NCBI RefSeq assembly: GCF_000002865.3
Contig: NW_001865080.1
Span: 123,716-187,715, forward strand
Length of the DNA stretch: 64,000 nt
Source of the DNA: Monosiga brevicollis MX1
Lineage: Eukaryota
Direction of reading: 5' to 3'
The position numbers and the translations under genes are program-made. The notes under the pieces are model-generated. The model saw only the letters and a list, made by a program, of their open reading frames with translations, searched no databases and was not told the origin of the DNA. Positions within the stretch are counted from its first letter, which is position 1, and each line of letters opens with the position of its first letter. Of the stretch, positions 31,686-43,370 are shown piece after piece.

Positions 31686-32929
31686 ATGTCGGCCTCGGCC
31701 ATCTACATCCTGGACCTCAAGGGCAAGGTGCGGTTCGCCTCCCTGACCCTGATTCCCAGCCTTGACCCACCTGTATCGGGCGGAAACTTGGCCACGGCGC
31801 TTGGTCTTGGTGCCTGGATGCAGGCTGAGCAGTGCCGTGTGATGAGGGGCCAGTTGGGTTTGAGCTCAGTGATTTGGCGCGCTCACCCTTGCTCCGTGTC
31901 ACTCCATGGCTGAAACCGTGCTTTAGGCCTTGATCTCGCGCGACTACCGTGGTGACTTGCCGCGCAACTGCATTGACGAGTTTTTGGCCCTAGCCCTTGA
32001 CAATGAGGACGAAGGCGTTGCAACGCCCATTGTTTCAAGCGACAAGGTGTGAACCTGGTTGTGCGCTCGTGCCTATCTCGCTCATGCCCGTCCCGCTCGT
32101 GTTGACAAAATTGATGTCTAACCTTTGGGTGACTTTCACGCTGCATGCTGTGCCCTCTCCTGCATGAAATGAACCGGCGTGGCGCAGGCCAACTACATGT
32201 ACATCAAACACGAGAACCTCTACGTGGTGGCTGCTAGCAAGAAGAACGCCAACGCCGCGCTAGTCTTTGTGTTCCTTCACCGCCTGGTCGAGGTAAGCAA
32301 CAAGGCCGGTTACCCCAGTGGCTTCAAAGCAGGCGCTGGAGAAGGAGGACAGCATGCCATTCGTCAACTCACTGCCCAGACAATCCAGACGATCAGCTCA
32401 ATTCAACTTTGCTTCATGCTATGGTTGTGGGCTAGATTCTGATTGACTATTTTACAACGCTGGAGGAGGAATCCATTCGCGACAACTTTGTCATCATCTA
32501 CGAGCTCCTTGACGAGCTAATGGACTTTGGTTATCCGCAATTCACCGAGTCTCAGATTTTGCAGGTGCGCAACTGAGCCGACAAATGTACCTGCGCTCCC
32601 ACCACCGTGGTCGCCCGACTCGGTTCCTTCTTGGTGGGTTTTTCATTCATCTGGTCCTTGATTGTTTGGCACACATACAGACATACATTACACAGACGGG
32701 CCGCAAGCTGGAGGCGGCGGCACCTCGCCCACCCATGGCCGTGACCAATGCTGTCTCGTGGCGCGCGGATGGCATCAAGCACCGCAAGAACGAGGTATTT
32801 TTGGATGTGGTCGAATCGATCAATCTACTGGTCAGCGCCAGCGGCAATGTGCTGCACTCGGACATTGCGGGCTCGGTGCAAATGCGCGTTCAGCTCAGCG
32901 GTATGTGGCGCATCTCCATTTGCTGCGAT

Positions 32930-32972
<43 letters not shown>

Positions 32973-33936
32973 CAAAAAATAGCACTCACGCCCTTTTTGA
33001 ACGCTAAACAGGCATGCCCGAGCTGAGACTGGGTCTGAACGACAAGGTCGTCTTTGAGTCGACGGGTCGCCGTACGTTTGAATTGTCGTGGTGCAGACGA
33101 GATCGGGTGCAGATGAGATACCAGCGTAGCGAAAAGACCATCTCATCTGCAGTGCCGGCTGAGGAGGGGTTTCTGTGGCTGGTATGCTTCTGAAAGGTCA
33201 CTGATCCGTGCCTCTTTTGTTGTGGTGCTTTGCCATAGGCGGCGGCAAGGGCAAGAGTGTGGAGTTGGAAGACGTCAAGTTTCATCAATGCGTGCGGTTA
33301 TCACGATTTGACACGGATCACACGATCAGCTTTGTGCCGCCCGAGGGCGAGTTTGAGCTCATGTCCTATCGACTGACGCAACATGTCAAGCCATTGATCT
33401 GGATTGAGAGTGTGATTGAGCGTCATTCGCACTCGCGCGTCGAGTACATGATCAAGGCCAAATCCAACTTTAAGCGTCGCTCGACGGCCAACAACGTGCA
33501 GATTATCGTGCCCGTGCCTGCGGATGCGGACACGCCAACGTTCAAGACAGTCATGGGCACGTGCAAGTATGCGCCAGAGTTGTCGGCCGTGGTCTGGACC
33601 ATCAAGCAGTTTCCCGGTGGCAAAGAGTTTATGATGCGCGCCCACTTCAACCTGCCCTCGGTCGAGTCGGAGGAGGCCGAATCTCGCCCTCCGATCCAAG
33701 TGAAGTTTGAGATTCCCTACTTTACCACCTCGGGCATCCAGGTACGTGCAACGGGACGACCCGCCTCGCTGCGACGAAGGATCGTTGCACGGGGGGGCTT
33801 GACGTTTTTACTTTGCTGTTTTCTTTGACCGTCATAGGTGCGCTATCTTAAGATTATCGAGAAGAGCGGTTATCAGGCGTTGCCGTGGGTGCGCTACATC
33901 ACCATGAACGGCGACTACCAAATTCGTACGACCTAG
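31686..33936 (+). CDS. AP1M1: AP-1 clathrin adaptor complex medium (mu1) subunit, eight exons
   Basis: MSASAIYILDLKGK|ALISRDYRGD...|...LEEESIRDNFVIIYELLDELMDFGYPQ|...VTNAVSWRADGIKHRKNEVFLDV...SG|MPELRLGLNDK|...ELEDVKFHQCVRLSRF...KFEIPYFTTSGIQ|VRYLKIIEKSGYQALPWVRYITMNGDYQIRTT-TAG. Confidence 0.97.
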
Positions 33937-35446
33937 GCGACAGAGGGCCCAGGGCACTGTGGCGCTGCTGTCCCAATGCTCTCGCTCCATCTAGCCTCTC
34001 TTGCTTGTGTCATGCGCGACTGTCTGTGTCTTATTTCTTTTTGTCCGTGGTGCTTGGTGGGTTTGATGGCGCGCGAGATTGGCGAGAGAGGATGGCTTGT
34101 GTTTTCTGTGTAAGCAATCCAAAAAAAAAAAAATCTCTCGTTTTCCATCCTTGAGAGCGAAGCTAAACTTGTAGCTCCCCTTTAAAATTAAAAAGGAAAC
34201 ACCAAGCTGAGAAGAGAGAGAAGAAAAAAAAAAAGGTGAAAGTGTGTGGGTGAACGAGTTTTGGACCTCAAAGGGAGTCAACGGTCACAAGACCACACAC
34301 AACGTGGGCCGGTCAGTGGCATTTTTCTCTTCCTTTTCTCACTCTCTGCCTCAGGTGAGCTGTGAATGGCGAGTGAACGAGTTGTGAATGCGACGGCGCA
34401 CATGATGAGTATGCTTATCATATCAACCATCTTTCGGGGCTGAATTCCCGTGTTGATAAAACAGCTAACCTGATGCTGCTCCCGACTGCCAATGGACTCG
34501 TGAACTTGAAGCCTAAGTTCTCACCTTTTTTTTATTCTTTCTATTCTTCGTAGCTTGTGAGCCTCGAGCAGCAGCATCTTTGACGAGTGTTAGCAGTTTT
34601 GCACGCTGTAGCGCAGGCAAGTGAAATGGTCGCGCGTGTCTTTTGGTTGTTGTGCTGTTGTTGTTGTTTTTTTTGTTGTCGGGGGGAAAAGAGCGCAGTG
34701 ACGATTCGATTTAGATGACGAGTCTGAAAGTGAGGGTACGCCAGTGTGGGACGAGGCTTCACGTTCTGTGCGGTCTCGACCCGCCGTTACCCTTGCGATC
34801 TCTTGAAGACAAACACGAGGCATTTGTCTGAGCGCATTCTTGTTTTTTTCTTTTCCCCTTGCTTGTTTTTTTCTTTTGGCCTGTTGAGCTATTGGTGGTC
34901 GTGGTGCTGACACCGTCTTACCCTGCTGATCCTCTCTCTCTCTTGCGGCAGGTGGACCAGTCAATCCCTGGGCATTCCAGCATCACCTCTCTAGCATGTC
35001 GTGCTCTAGTCGTGTCATGAATTTATCTCTGAATCATGCTTTTTGACTCTGCGGCTACAAGGCCCCTCACCAACAGCACACAGGAAAGCATCTTTGAACG
35101 AGTGGGGATAGTAAAATACTTTCCCCGGTACATGTGCCATAACACATGTACCACCCGTCGTTGTCAGACAAATCCATGGACCGTGCGCGCGCGGTTGGTT
35201 GACGAACAACAGGTTTACGTTTTCACAGGAGGGCGGTGCGTGTGGTCATCATGCAACGAGGGCAGCCCGGGACAGACAGGCGACGAGCTGGCTGGGGCTG
35301 GGTGAGGAGGAGAGGGGTAGCAGGGCAGGGCAGTGTACCTGGCTGCTACATTTCAAAATGGCGATGAGAGAGAGAGAGAGAGTGTGTGTGTGTGTGTGTG
35401 TGGTTTCAATGCAATCTTCATCATCTCACCACTGACACACACACTC

Positions 35447-35479
<33 letters not shown>

Positions 35480-36113
35480 TCATTTTTCCAACTGCTGTCG
35501 TCATCATCGCATCTCTCTTTGAGGTCAGTCCGGTCATGTGTTTGTTCTTGCCCCGGGTGTTCGCGTCCCTGGTCTCTCCCGCTCTTCCTTGCCTTCTCCG
35601 ACCCCTTTTCCTGCTCGATGATGCCACATGTACCACACACACACATGTATGCAACTTGGGTTCAGAGGGGAAACGCACACACACACACACACACGCACAC
35701 AGAGATCCAGCCGCCTCGTTTACGTCTGCTCCGTTTTTTTTTTCTTCGGAAGGGCAGAGCACAGGGCGATCGTCAAGCTTTGGTTGACCCTCGGCAACAT
35801 ACATGCACATACAATACATACATACACACGTCACTTGACGGCCACGGCGCCATTTCCCGGTCTCCGAGCTTGCTTCTGGTACACACTCCATTGCTGCTCA
35901 CCGCGCCTTTTCGCTGTTGGCGATAGAGCTTCTCTCGGCTGGATTTCGACTGCTTTCATTCACCCTGGCCACAAACCCGGCAGCCTTGCCTCTTGTTTGC
36001 CGCGCTCTGCCCTTGACGCCTCATTGTTGTGCTGCCCCACTTTGGGCTTGAGCTCGTCGGGACATTTGTCGTGAAGCTTGCGCGGCGGCCCAGCACACCA
36101 CACACCGTTCATC

Positions 36114-36617
36114 ATGGGCGCCGCGGAATCCCGTCCGCCGCCATCGTACGTTATGGAGTACTTTGAGGTGAACCAGCGTGTTTCGTACAAGAGCCAGCAT
36201 GGCTTCGAAACGACCTGCGTAGTCGTCGGCAAACGCTTCAGCCCCGAACACAACTGCTTCGTCTACAACGTCCGCCAAGACTCGGGTGGTCGCAACCGCG
36301 GTGCCTTCCCCTGGCAACTCAAGGCCCTCAGCCCGCCACCCGCCGCTGCGGGCTACCCCACATCAGCTGGCCCATACGGCCATCCCCAACAGCCCGGCCC
36401 CTACCATGCCCCTATGAACAACAATGTCCCCCCGCCTGCCTACACACCAACAGCACAGACGGCCTACCCACCCGCCCACCAACAGTATGCCGCAGCCATG
36501 CCCCCGGGCACCACCCCATATCCTCATGGCTACACACAGAGCCCGCCACCCCCCATGGGCTATTATCAACAGCCATCCAATCCCGTGGCACCCCCTACCG
36601 GCCCCTACAAGTCATGA
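36114..36617 (+). CDS. Small protein: N-myristoylation motif, short beta-rich domain, Pro/Tyr-rich tail
   Basis: Intronless 167-aa ORF starting MGAAESRPPPSY. It has coding-like C-ending codon bias and a globular-looking segment FEVNQRVSYKSQHGFETTCVVVGKRF...YNVRQDSG...AFPWQLKAL, followed by a P/Y/Q/G low-complexity tail. Confidence 0.75.
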   Translation: MGAAESRPPPSYVMEYFEVNQRVSYKSQHGFETTCVVVGKRFSPEHNCFVYNVRQDSGGRNRGAFPWQLKALSPPPAAAGYPTSAGPYGHPQQPGPYHAPMNNNVPPPAYTPTAQTAYPPAHQQYAAAMPPGTTPYPHGYTQSPPPPMGYYQQPSNPVAPPTGPYKS

Positions 36618-37404
36618 GCAGCAGGCTCCCTGCCTCACTCCCTGTCTCCTGTTCCTCGGTGTTCTTGGCGTTGGCTTTGTTGGTTGATATCTACTACTGC
36701 TGCTGCTTTTTTTTTTTTTTTTTCCTTTCTTTCTTCCTTCGCCCTCTCTTCCCACACACCTTTCCCTTCTCTCTGTCTCGTCCAGTTGCTCTCTTCTTCT
36801 CTCTGTCTCAGGGGCTTGTGGCCTCTGCCACTTGCCCACGATAGCCTCGGGCAGGGCTTGAGAGTGTGCGTGTTGCCGTGGGGCCCTGGGTTCTGGTGTC
36901 AACAATCAGCCGCTATTTGATTCCTTCTAGCCTTTGATCGCATGTGTCAGAGGCTGCGGCCTTGACGCATGAGCCCCTCTCCCGGTCTGCTGCCATGCAT
37001 GCGGTCCCGATATTTGATGATTCAGCCGCATCGAACCCCAGTCTCCCATACGAGGTTTCACGGGCTACATTGGGGATCGCCTGAGGCACCTCCCTTTCGC
37101 AGCCTGCTATGTTGTCCTCCCCGCATCGAGAGCTCTGCTTCTCCGCCTGTCTCTACTTTAAGGAAAAATTCATATCATGACCCAGATGTCTGAAGCACTG
37201 AAAGTTCCAGCAAAACACGGTCACACACACACCTAGACACATCTCTCACACGTCTCGCGGATGCCTTCGCATCTCTCAAACCCTCTATGAAACCCGTTGA
37301 AATCACCACTAAAATTTCTAGAATCCCTCCATATCTCTTCAAATCACTTTAAAAAACTCTCTTTCTCTCAAACGCTTGACATTTTTTCTCTCGCTGACGA
37401 CAAG

Positions 37405-38822
37405 ATGGCGTACGGCAGCGGTGTTTTGATGGCAGTGACGGCTCTCCTGGCGCTTGTGGCGCTGCTGGGCGGTGTTCAGGCAGAGTCCTGTGGATGCTGT
37501 GGACGGGACCTTCAGCATCGGTTGGTATCGTTCGTCGGTGGCCAGTGTTTCGAGGAAAACCGATGCAATTTGTGGACTGTGGCGGCTGCTAAACCCTCCG
37601 CTCGGCCGGTCGATGCGTCCATAGTCATCCCAGCAACCATGACATCACCAGCACCACGGCACGCATTCAGGCTCCGGCCCCCGCCTTCACGGCCGATGCC
37701 GTGATTGATGGTGAACTTACCAAAGTCTCACTGGCTGATTACGAGGCAAGCGAATCGTTGCCCTCCGACCAGCCGACCGGCATCACCTGACCAGGCCCGT
37801 GGCTCTGCCCAGACTCACCCCCCATGCGCGTGCTCATCAGGGCAAATACGTAGTCTTGATGTTTGTGCCGTTGGCCTTCACCTTTGTCTGCCCCACGGAG
37901 GTCCTGGCCTTTGAGCGTGCCATCGACCAGTTCAAGGCTCACAACACCCAGGTACATCCCCCGTCCTGGCTCCTCGTCCGATGCGCCCAAGCATTCGGGC
38001 AAGAGTGAGTGAGTGTGCCAGACCTCATCATACCCTTCCTTTTTTTCTCTCTTTTTTCTTTTATCATCAGCTGCTGATCGTGACCGTTGACTCGGTCTAC
38101 ACCCTCAAAGTCTGGTTCGTCAGACCTTGGAATGGGCTTTACAGTGCTCCCTCCCGCCAGGCTGAATCAAAACTCCTAAGGCTCACTGATTGACGCATGT
38201 TACAGGACGCAGACGCCCACCAATGAGGGTGGCCTCGGCGCTGTGAGCATGCCACTCGTCTCCGACTTGACACACTCCATCTCTGCCGACTACGGCGTGC
38301 TCCTCCGCGACGCTGGCCATAGCCTCCGGTATACACATATTGCGAACCACTTGCCTCCCCTACTTCATGGCGCCCCGACTGAAACTCTAGCGCTCACGAA
38401 CTAGGGCCGCCAACCGCATTCGCCTCCCCTCGTGCCACAGTGGTTTGTTTATCATTGACGACAAGGGCATTCTTCGACAGTCCACCGTGAATGACCTCCC
38501 GGTAAGAACACATCCGTCAATGACCTGCTCTAGAGCGCGACCTGCTCAAAGCCCCGTCCTCCACCCCCAAACCTGCCTAGGTTGGTCGCTCGGTCGAAGA
38601 AACTCTGCGCCTTGTCAAGGCCTTCCAACACACAGACGAACACGGCGTTGTGTGCCCCGCCAACTGGCAGCCCGGAGATGACACGGTATGTCTGGCCTAC
38701 CTATTTTGCTTGTGGCGCCAAGTACAAATCCACTCGCCTGGCAAAGCTCACCCGCTTTTGTCTTCCCCCGACAGATTATCCCCACCCCCGACGACAAGCT
38801 GGATTACTTCAAGCGCCACTAA
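37405..38822 (+). CDS. Typical 2-Cys peroxiredoxin with a signal peptide (Prx4-like), eight exons
   Basis: Hydrophobic leader [26 protein letters not shown], then [102 protein letters not shown]|...DYFKRH-TAA. Confidence 0.95.
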
Positions 38823-39367
38823 ACCACAGCCGCTCATCTGCTGTCCGCCGGCACAAGGTGCCCGTGTCTCAGTCGGTGGTTTCGTCACCTGGACAACAAC
38901 ACTCAAGCCTGCCTTTCAATTCAATTCAATTCAATTCAGAGTTGGCGCCAAGAGCAAATCATGAGCGAGAATAAGGATCAGAGACAGCAAAACATTTCCA
39001 GCGGGTCAAACACACAACCCTTTCAAAAAAATCACAACACACGTGCGCAGCAAAGGCCTAGCCACAAAATTCGCCCACAACAGGACGAGTGGGGCGGGAA
39101 AAAACAAGGTGATAAAAACACCAAAAGGCACAAAAAGATCAACCAAGACCTTTGCATGCCCGAACAATCTGTCAAGCCCTTGATGATCAGCAGATGCGCG
39201 GTTCTCGTCAAATCAAAGGTGCTATCAAACAACCCTCGGCCATTGGCAGAGGGCTGATGCTAAACGGGAAGAAATATCAAAGCGTATATAAGAACACAAA
39301 AGCCAGCTTGTGCTTGAAGGAGAGACGCCAAAACAGAATGGACGTGGTCGGCCAATCCCTCTCTCGC

Positions 39368-39402
<35 letters not shown>

Positions 39403-39404
39403 TT

Positions 39405-42150
39405 TTACTCGTCGTCATCTGCACCACTGGTCAGCACAATGGGCTGGCCGTTGGGATTGAGCGCAATGGGCTGCTCGTGGTAGTAGTTGACGAGCTCTGG
39501 GATATCGGAAAACTTGTTCTTGACGTAAAGCTTGTACAACTTGTCGCCAGTGGCCGTCGTGGAGGGGGTGATGACGCCGTGCCACACGCGCGACCCCAGA
39601 GACACGGAGACGGCATAGCAATTGGGTTGGCGCGACTCGCGGACGATAAAGGTTCCCGTGGGTGCCGACTGCAGCAGGGCCGTGGCTGACTGACGGTTGA
39701 GATCGGGTCGGTACCAATCGTACTTGGACATGGGTGCCTCCTGCAAGAGAGATCACGAGCCACGGAAAGGGGGTGAGAGAAAGGCACTAGCAAGAGCCAG
39801 CGTGACCCGGGGCTTGGAATCTTGGCAGTGCCATTTGGCAGCCAGCGAGCAAACACGCAAGCAACGTAGCACGCGCGGCATACCTCAGACTCGACGGCCG
39901 ACAAACCGGCGACAAAATCAAAGTTGGCAAAGAGCATTTGATCCAGGTCGGCAATGACCTCTTGCTCGACAGGGGTGAGCTCAATGTCCATGTCCGTGTA
40001 CTCGGGGTCAAAGTTGGATAGTGGGTCGCCCTCACTCGCGGGTTTGTATGGCGGCTCAATCTTGCGCTCCTTGAGGTCGGTCCAGCTCAGACCGGAAAAG
40101 AACTATCACGCAAAAGATGTGTCATCCCCGACAACCATTCCCACAGTGAAGTCGAGATGTAGACGCAAAGAGCCGCATTACCAATCCGGGCAGGGAAACC
40201 ACCCACGCACACACACCAAAAGATGGCAAAAACTGACCTTGTGGTTACGAATGTCGTCCTTGCCGTTGGTGCCACAGCCGAGGCGCTTGGCAACATCGCG
40301 GGTCAAGAAGGCTCGAATCAAGTCAGCAGCGGCCCCGCTAACGCTAGAGGGGATCTCCACCTCCTTGCCTTGAATGTTTTCAAAGATTTCGTCCACATCG
40401 TCGCCATCAAAGGGTGACTCACCCACGAGCATCTCAAAAAGAAGAACACCGAGGGCCCACCAGTCCACGCTAAAGTTGTAGGGTTTCTCGTTAACAATTT
40501 CGGGGGCCATGTAACCTGGTGTACCACACATGGTCGTGGTGGTGGCCGCACCCCAGAGGGACTCCTTGGAGAGACCAAAGTCGGCAATCTTGACGTGGCC
40601 ATCGCCGGCCAGCATGACGTTGTCGAGCTTGAGATCGCGGTAGACGATGCCACGCTCGTGCAGGTACCAGAGGCCCTCGCAAATCTCGGCCACAAGAAAG
40701 CGCGCTTGGTCTTCGGTGAATTTTTCAACCTTTTGTGCATGGAACATGAGGTCGCCGCCCGTGATAAACTCCATCACAAAGTAGAGATGGCTCGGAGTCT
40801 GAAAGGTACCGTGCAGCTTGGTCAGGAAGGCGCAGTCGGATGCCTTGGCCAACACGCGCCGCTCGATCAGTGTGGCCTCAACATCGTCGTCATCAACCAC
40901 CGCCTCCTTTGATAGAACCTGAACACCAAGACAAACAGCGTGAGGACCTGGGCTGGTAGTGGCGGGGACAACATGCTTCCGGACTTTCAACACGGACGCC
41001 ACCAGGGCGGGTGGCGTACCTTAATGGCAACAATTTCCTTGTTGGCTTTGCGCTCAGCCATGAGGACCTTACCGAAGGCACCTTGACCCAGCACCTTGAG
41101 GTAGGTAAAGTCTTCCATGCTCAGACCAGGGCTGCTCTTGGCCGACGCGCCGGGCTGGGACGGCAAGGCGGGCAGAGGAAGATCACCAAGATTAGCCTCG
41201 GCCTGAAGGTTCGCAACAGTGCTCGGCTGAAGATAATCGTCGCCGTCCGTGACAATGGGGCTTGAGACGGCAGGGGTCGGCAGCGGGGGCAAGGCAGCAT
41301 CACCAATAATGCCATAAATTTCCATTTGTTCGGTGGTCATCTCATGGCGGCGCTTGACACGAAAGGGGACGTTTTGATTCTCGGCCTTTTGCTCGTCCAA
41401 TAGGCGGAACCAGCCTTCGGTGATGGTGCCGACATCCTCGATTTCAGCAATGGAAAAGGCCATGCCACCCATGAAGGAGCGCTTCTTGCCAAAGCCCTTG
41501 CTCTCGTGGTGGATGTAGATGCGGAGCATCGTTGAGTCCTTGTTGAGCTTGGGCAGCTCCCAGGAGAAGCTAGCCTTGAATTGGGGCTTGCGAGTGCCCT
41601 GGATGACGGCGGATTTCTGCACGCCGTTCTTGACGGCACTTGAGGTCACGGAGACTTCGACGTAAGGGTTGGCATCGCCGGCCTTGGACATTTCAATCAG
41701 GTCCTTGGCCTCCTCGATATCAGCCTCCAGGGTATCGCCTTTGAGGCGGAGGTTGACATAGAGACGACCACGTCGGACCTTTTGTGCCTGGTGACGCTTT
41801 TGCTTTTGCTTCTTCTTGGAGTTTTTCTTGCCGGCTTTGCTCTCACGGCGCTGGTGGGCCAGGGTGGCCTCCTTCATTTTGGCCAGAGTGGCGTCTTTGC
41901 GTTTGGTGGGCGTAGGACCCGCCTTCTTGGTCTGGGTGGCCTCCTTTTCTCGCTTGCGGGCCAGTGTGGCCTCCTTCTTGGCAAGTGTGGCCTCCTTTTT
42001 GAGCTCCTTTTTGGACTTTGGCGGACTGGCAGCCGCGCCAGCAGCGGGGGGCGCGCCCGCCATGGGCACATCCTCCTTGCGGTTCTTCTTGCCCCAAGAA
42101 AACATGCGACCCAGCGTGCTGCGCTTTTTTTGTCCCTCCTCGTCAGCCAT
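39405..42150 (-). CDS. PKC-like AGC kinase: basic N-terminus, C2, kinase, AGC tail, C-terminal SH2; four exons
   Basis: ATG at 42150. cPKC-type C2 (RRGRLY...AKDLIEM...PYV...FMGGMAFSIAEI...GWFRLL...NVP). Kinase VLGQGAFGKV...VAIK|VLSKEAVVDDDDVEATLIERRVLA...GGDLMFH...IVYRDLKLDNVML...IADFG...MCGTPGYMAPE. Tail IEPPYKP...NFDPEYT...LTP...FANFDF. A phase-0 intron at 39741-39883 joins an SH2 exon (WY...NRQSATALL...GTFIVRES...YAVSV...H..I...FSDIPELVNYY). Confidence 0.93.
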
Positions 42151-42598
42151 GATGTCTGATGCTAGCCCACACCACAGGGAGAAACGATCAAGGGCCCGCG
42201 TCAGTCGTCCAAGGAAAGGCGCTGGGCCGAGGGTCGCTAGCCGTCTGATCGTTTGCCTCTCTTGTACAGTAGGATGGCACACAGCAGGCGATGCCACAGG
42301 GCAGACAGAGAGCAGACTGGCTGGCGGCACTGCCGAGCGAGGGGCGAAAGCTACCTGATGTGATCAAAGGGGACTTGGTATGCAAAGTCGACCGGTGTCG
42401 CAGCAACCTCGATGGCAAAAGGCAGCGGCGTCTTGCGGCCGAAAGGCAACCCAATGCACCTCGAGGGAAAGATTGACGCGTATGGCAAGCTCGAGCTGAC
42501 CCAAGATGCCAAACACACGCTCTCGTGACGTGACGGCAGCACCAGTAGCACTGGCTCCAGCAGCTCCAGCAGCAGGCTCCAGCAGCTCCAGCAGCAGC

Positions 42599-42634
<36 letters not shown>

Positions 42635-43080
42635 TGCGCGAGAGAGAGAGAGAGTATCTCTCCACTGGTGTTCATCTGCAGAGAGGACAAGTTTGGAGTG
42701 AATAGTTTCAGAGGTTTAATTCATACTGGCCCCAAACTGCAAAGGTTTCTTAGTATTTAAACAGGATGACAGAGATAGAGGTGCATCATGGAGTTGTACC
42801 ACAGGGAGACGTCAAGCGTGATATTAACACAAGAGATATGCATAGAAAAAAAAGGGGGCGGAAACACGCGTCCAGCACGCCCGCAAAACGGCATCCTGTT
42901 CTTTTGCTCCCAAACAGTCACCGAAGACCAGCAACCCGTTGAACCAGCCCTGCATTGGCTTTCCTGCTTCTGTACTGATCGTTCGCCTGTCCTTCCGCCT
43001 CCGACTGCCCTTCCGGACGGACGCCTGACTGCGCGACATCACCAAACACATGTTGTGTGCGTGCGTGTGCGTGTCTGTTG

Positions 43081-43310
43081 TTCTCTCTCTCTCTCTCAAG
43101 CTCTCTCTCTCTCTTTCTCTCTTTCTCTGTCTCTCTTTCTCTCTTTCTCTCTCTCTCTCAAGCTCTCTCAAGCTCTCTCTCTCTCAAGCTCTCAACCTCT
43201 CAACCTCTCAAGCTCTCTAGCTCTCTCTCAACCTCTCTCAAGCTCTCTCTCTCTCAAGCTCTCAAGCTCTCAACCTCTCAAGCTCTCTAGCTCTCTCTCA
43301 ACCTCTCTCA

Positions 43311-43345
<35 letters not shown>

Positions 43346-43370
43346 TCTCTTTCTCAACCTCTCGCTCAAG
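43081..43370. repeat. (CT)n-CAAG/CAAC degenerate tandem array
   Basis: Same unit type as 21121-21410; lies between the fascin 3' end and the PKC start. Confidence 0.85.

Noticed and set aside
34330..35320. Splice-like signals and short ORFs between AP1M1 and the 36114 gene
   Set aside because: No coherent coding chain or motif; possibly UTR exons, but this cannot be supported from sequence alone.
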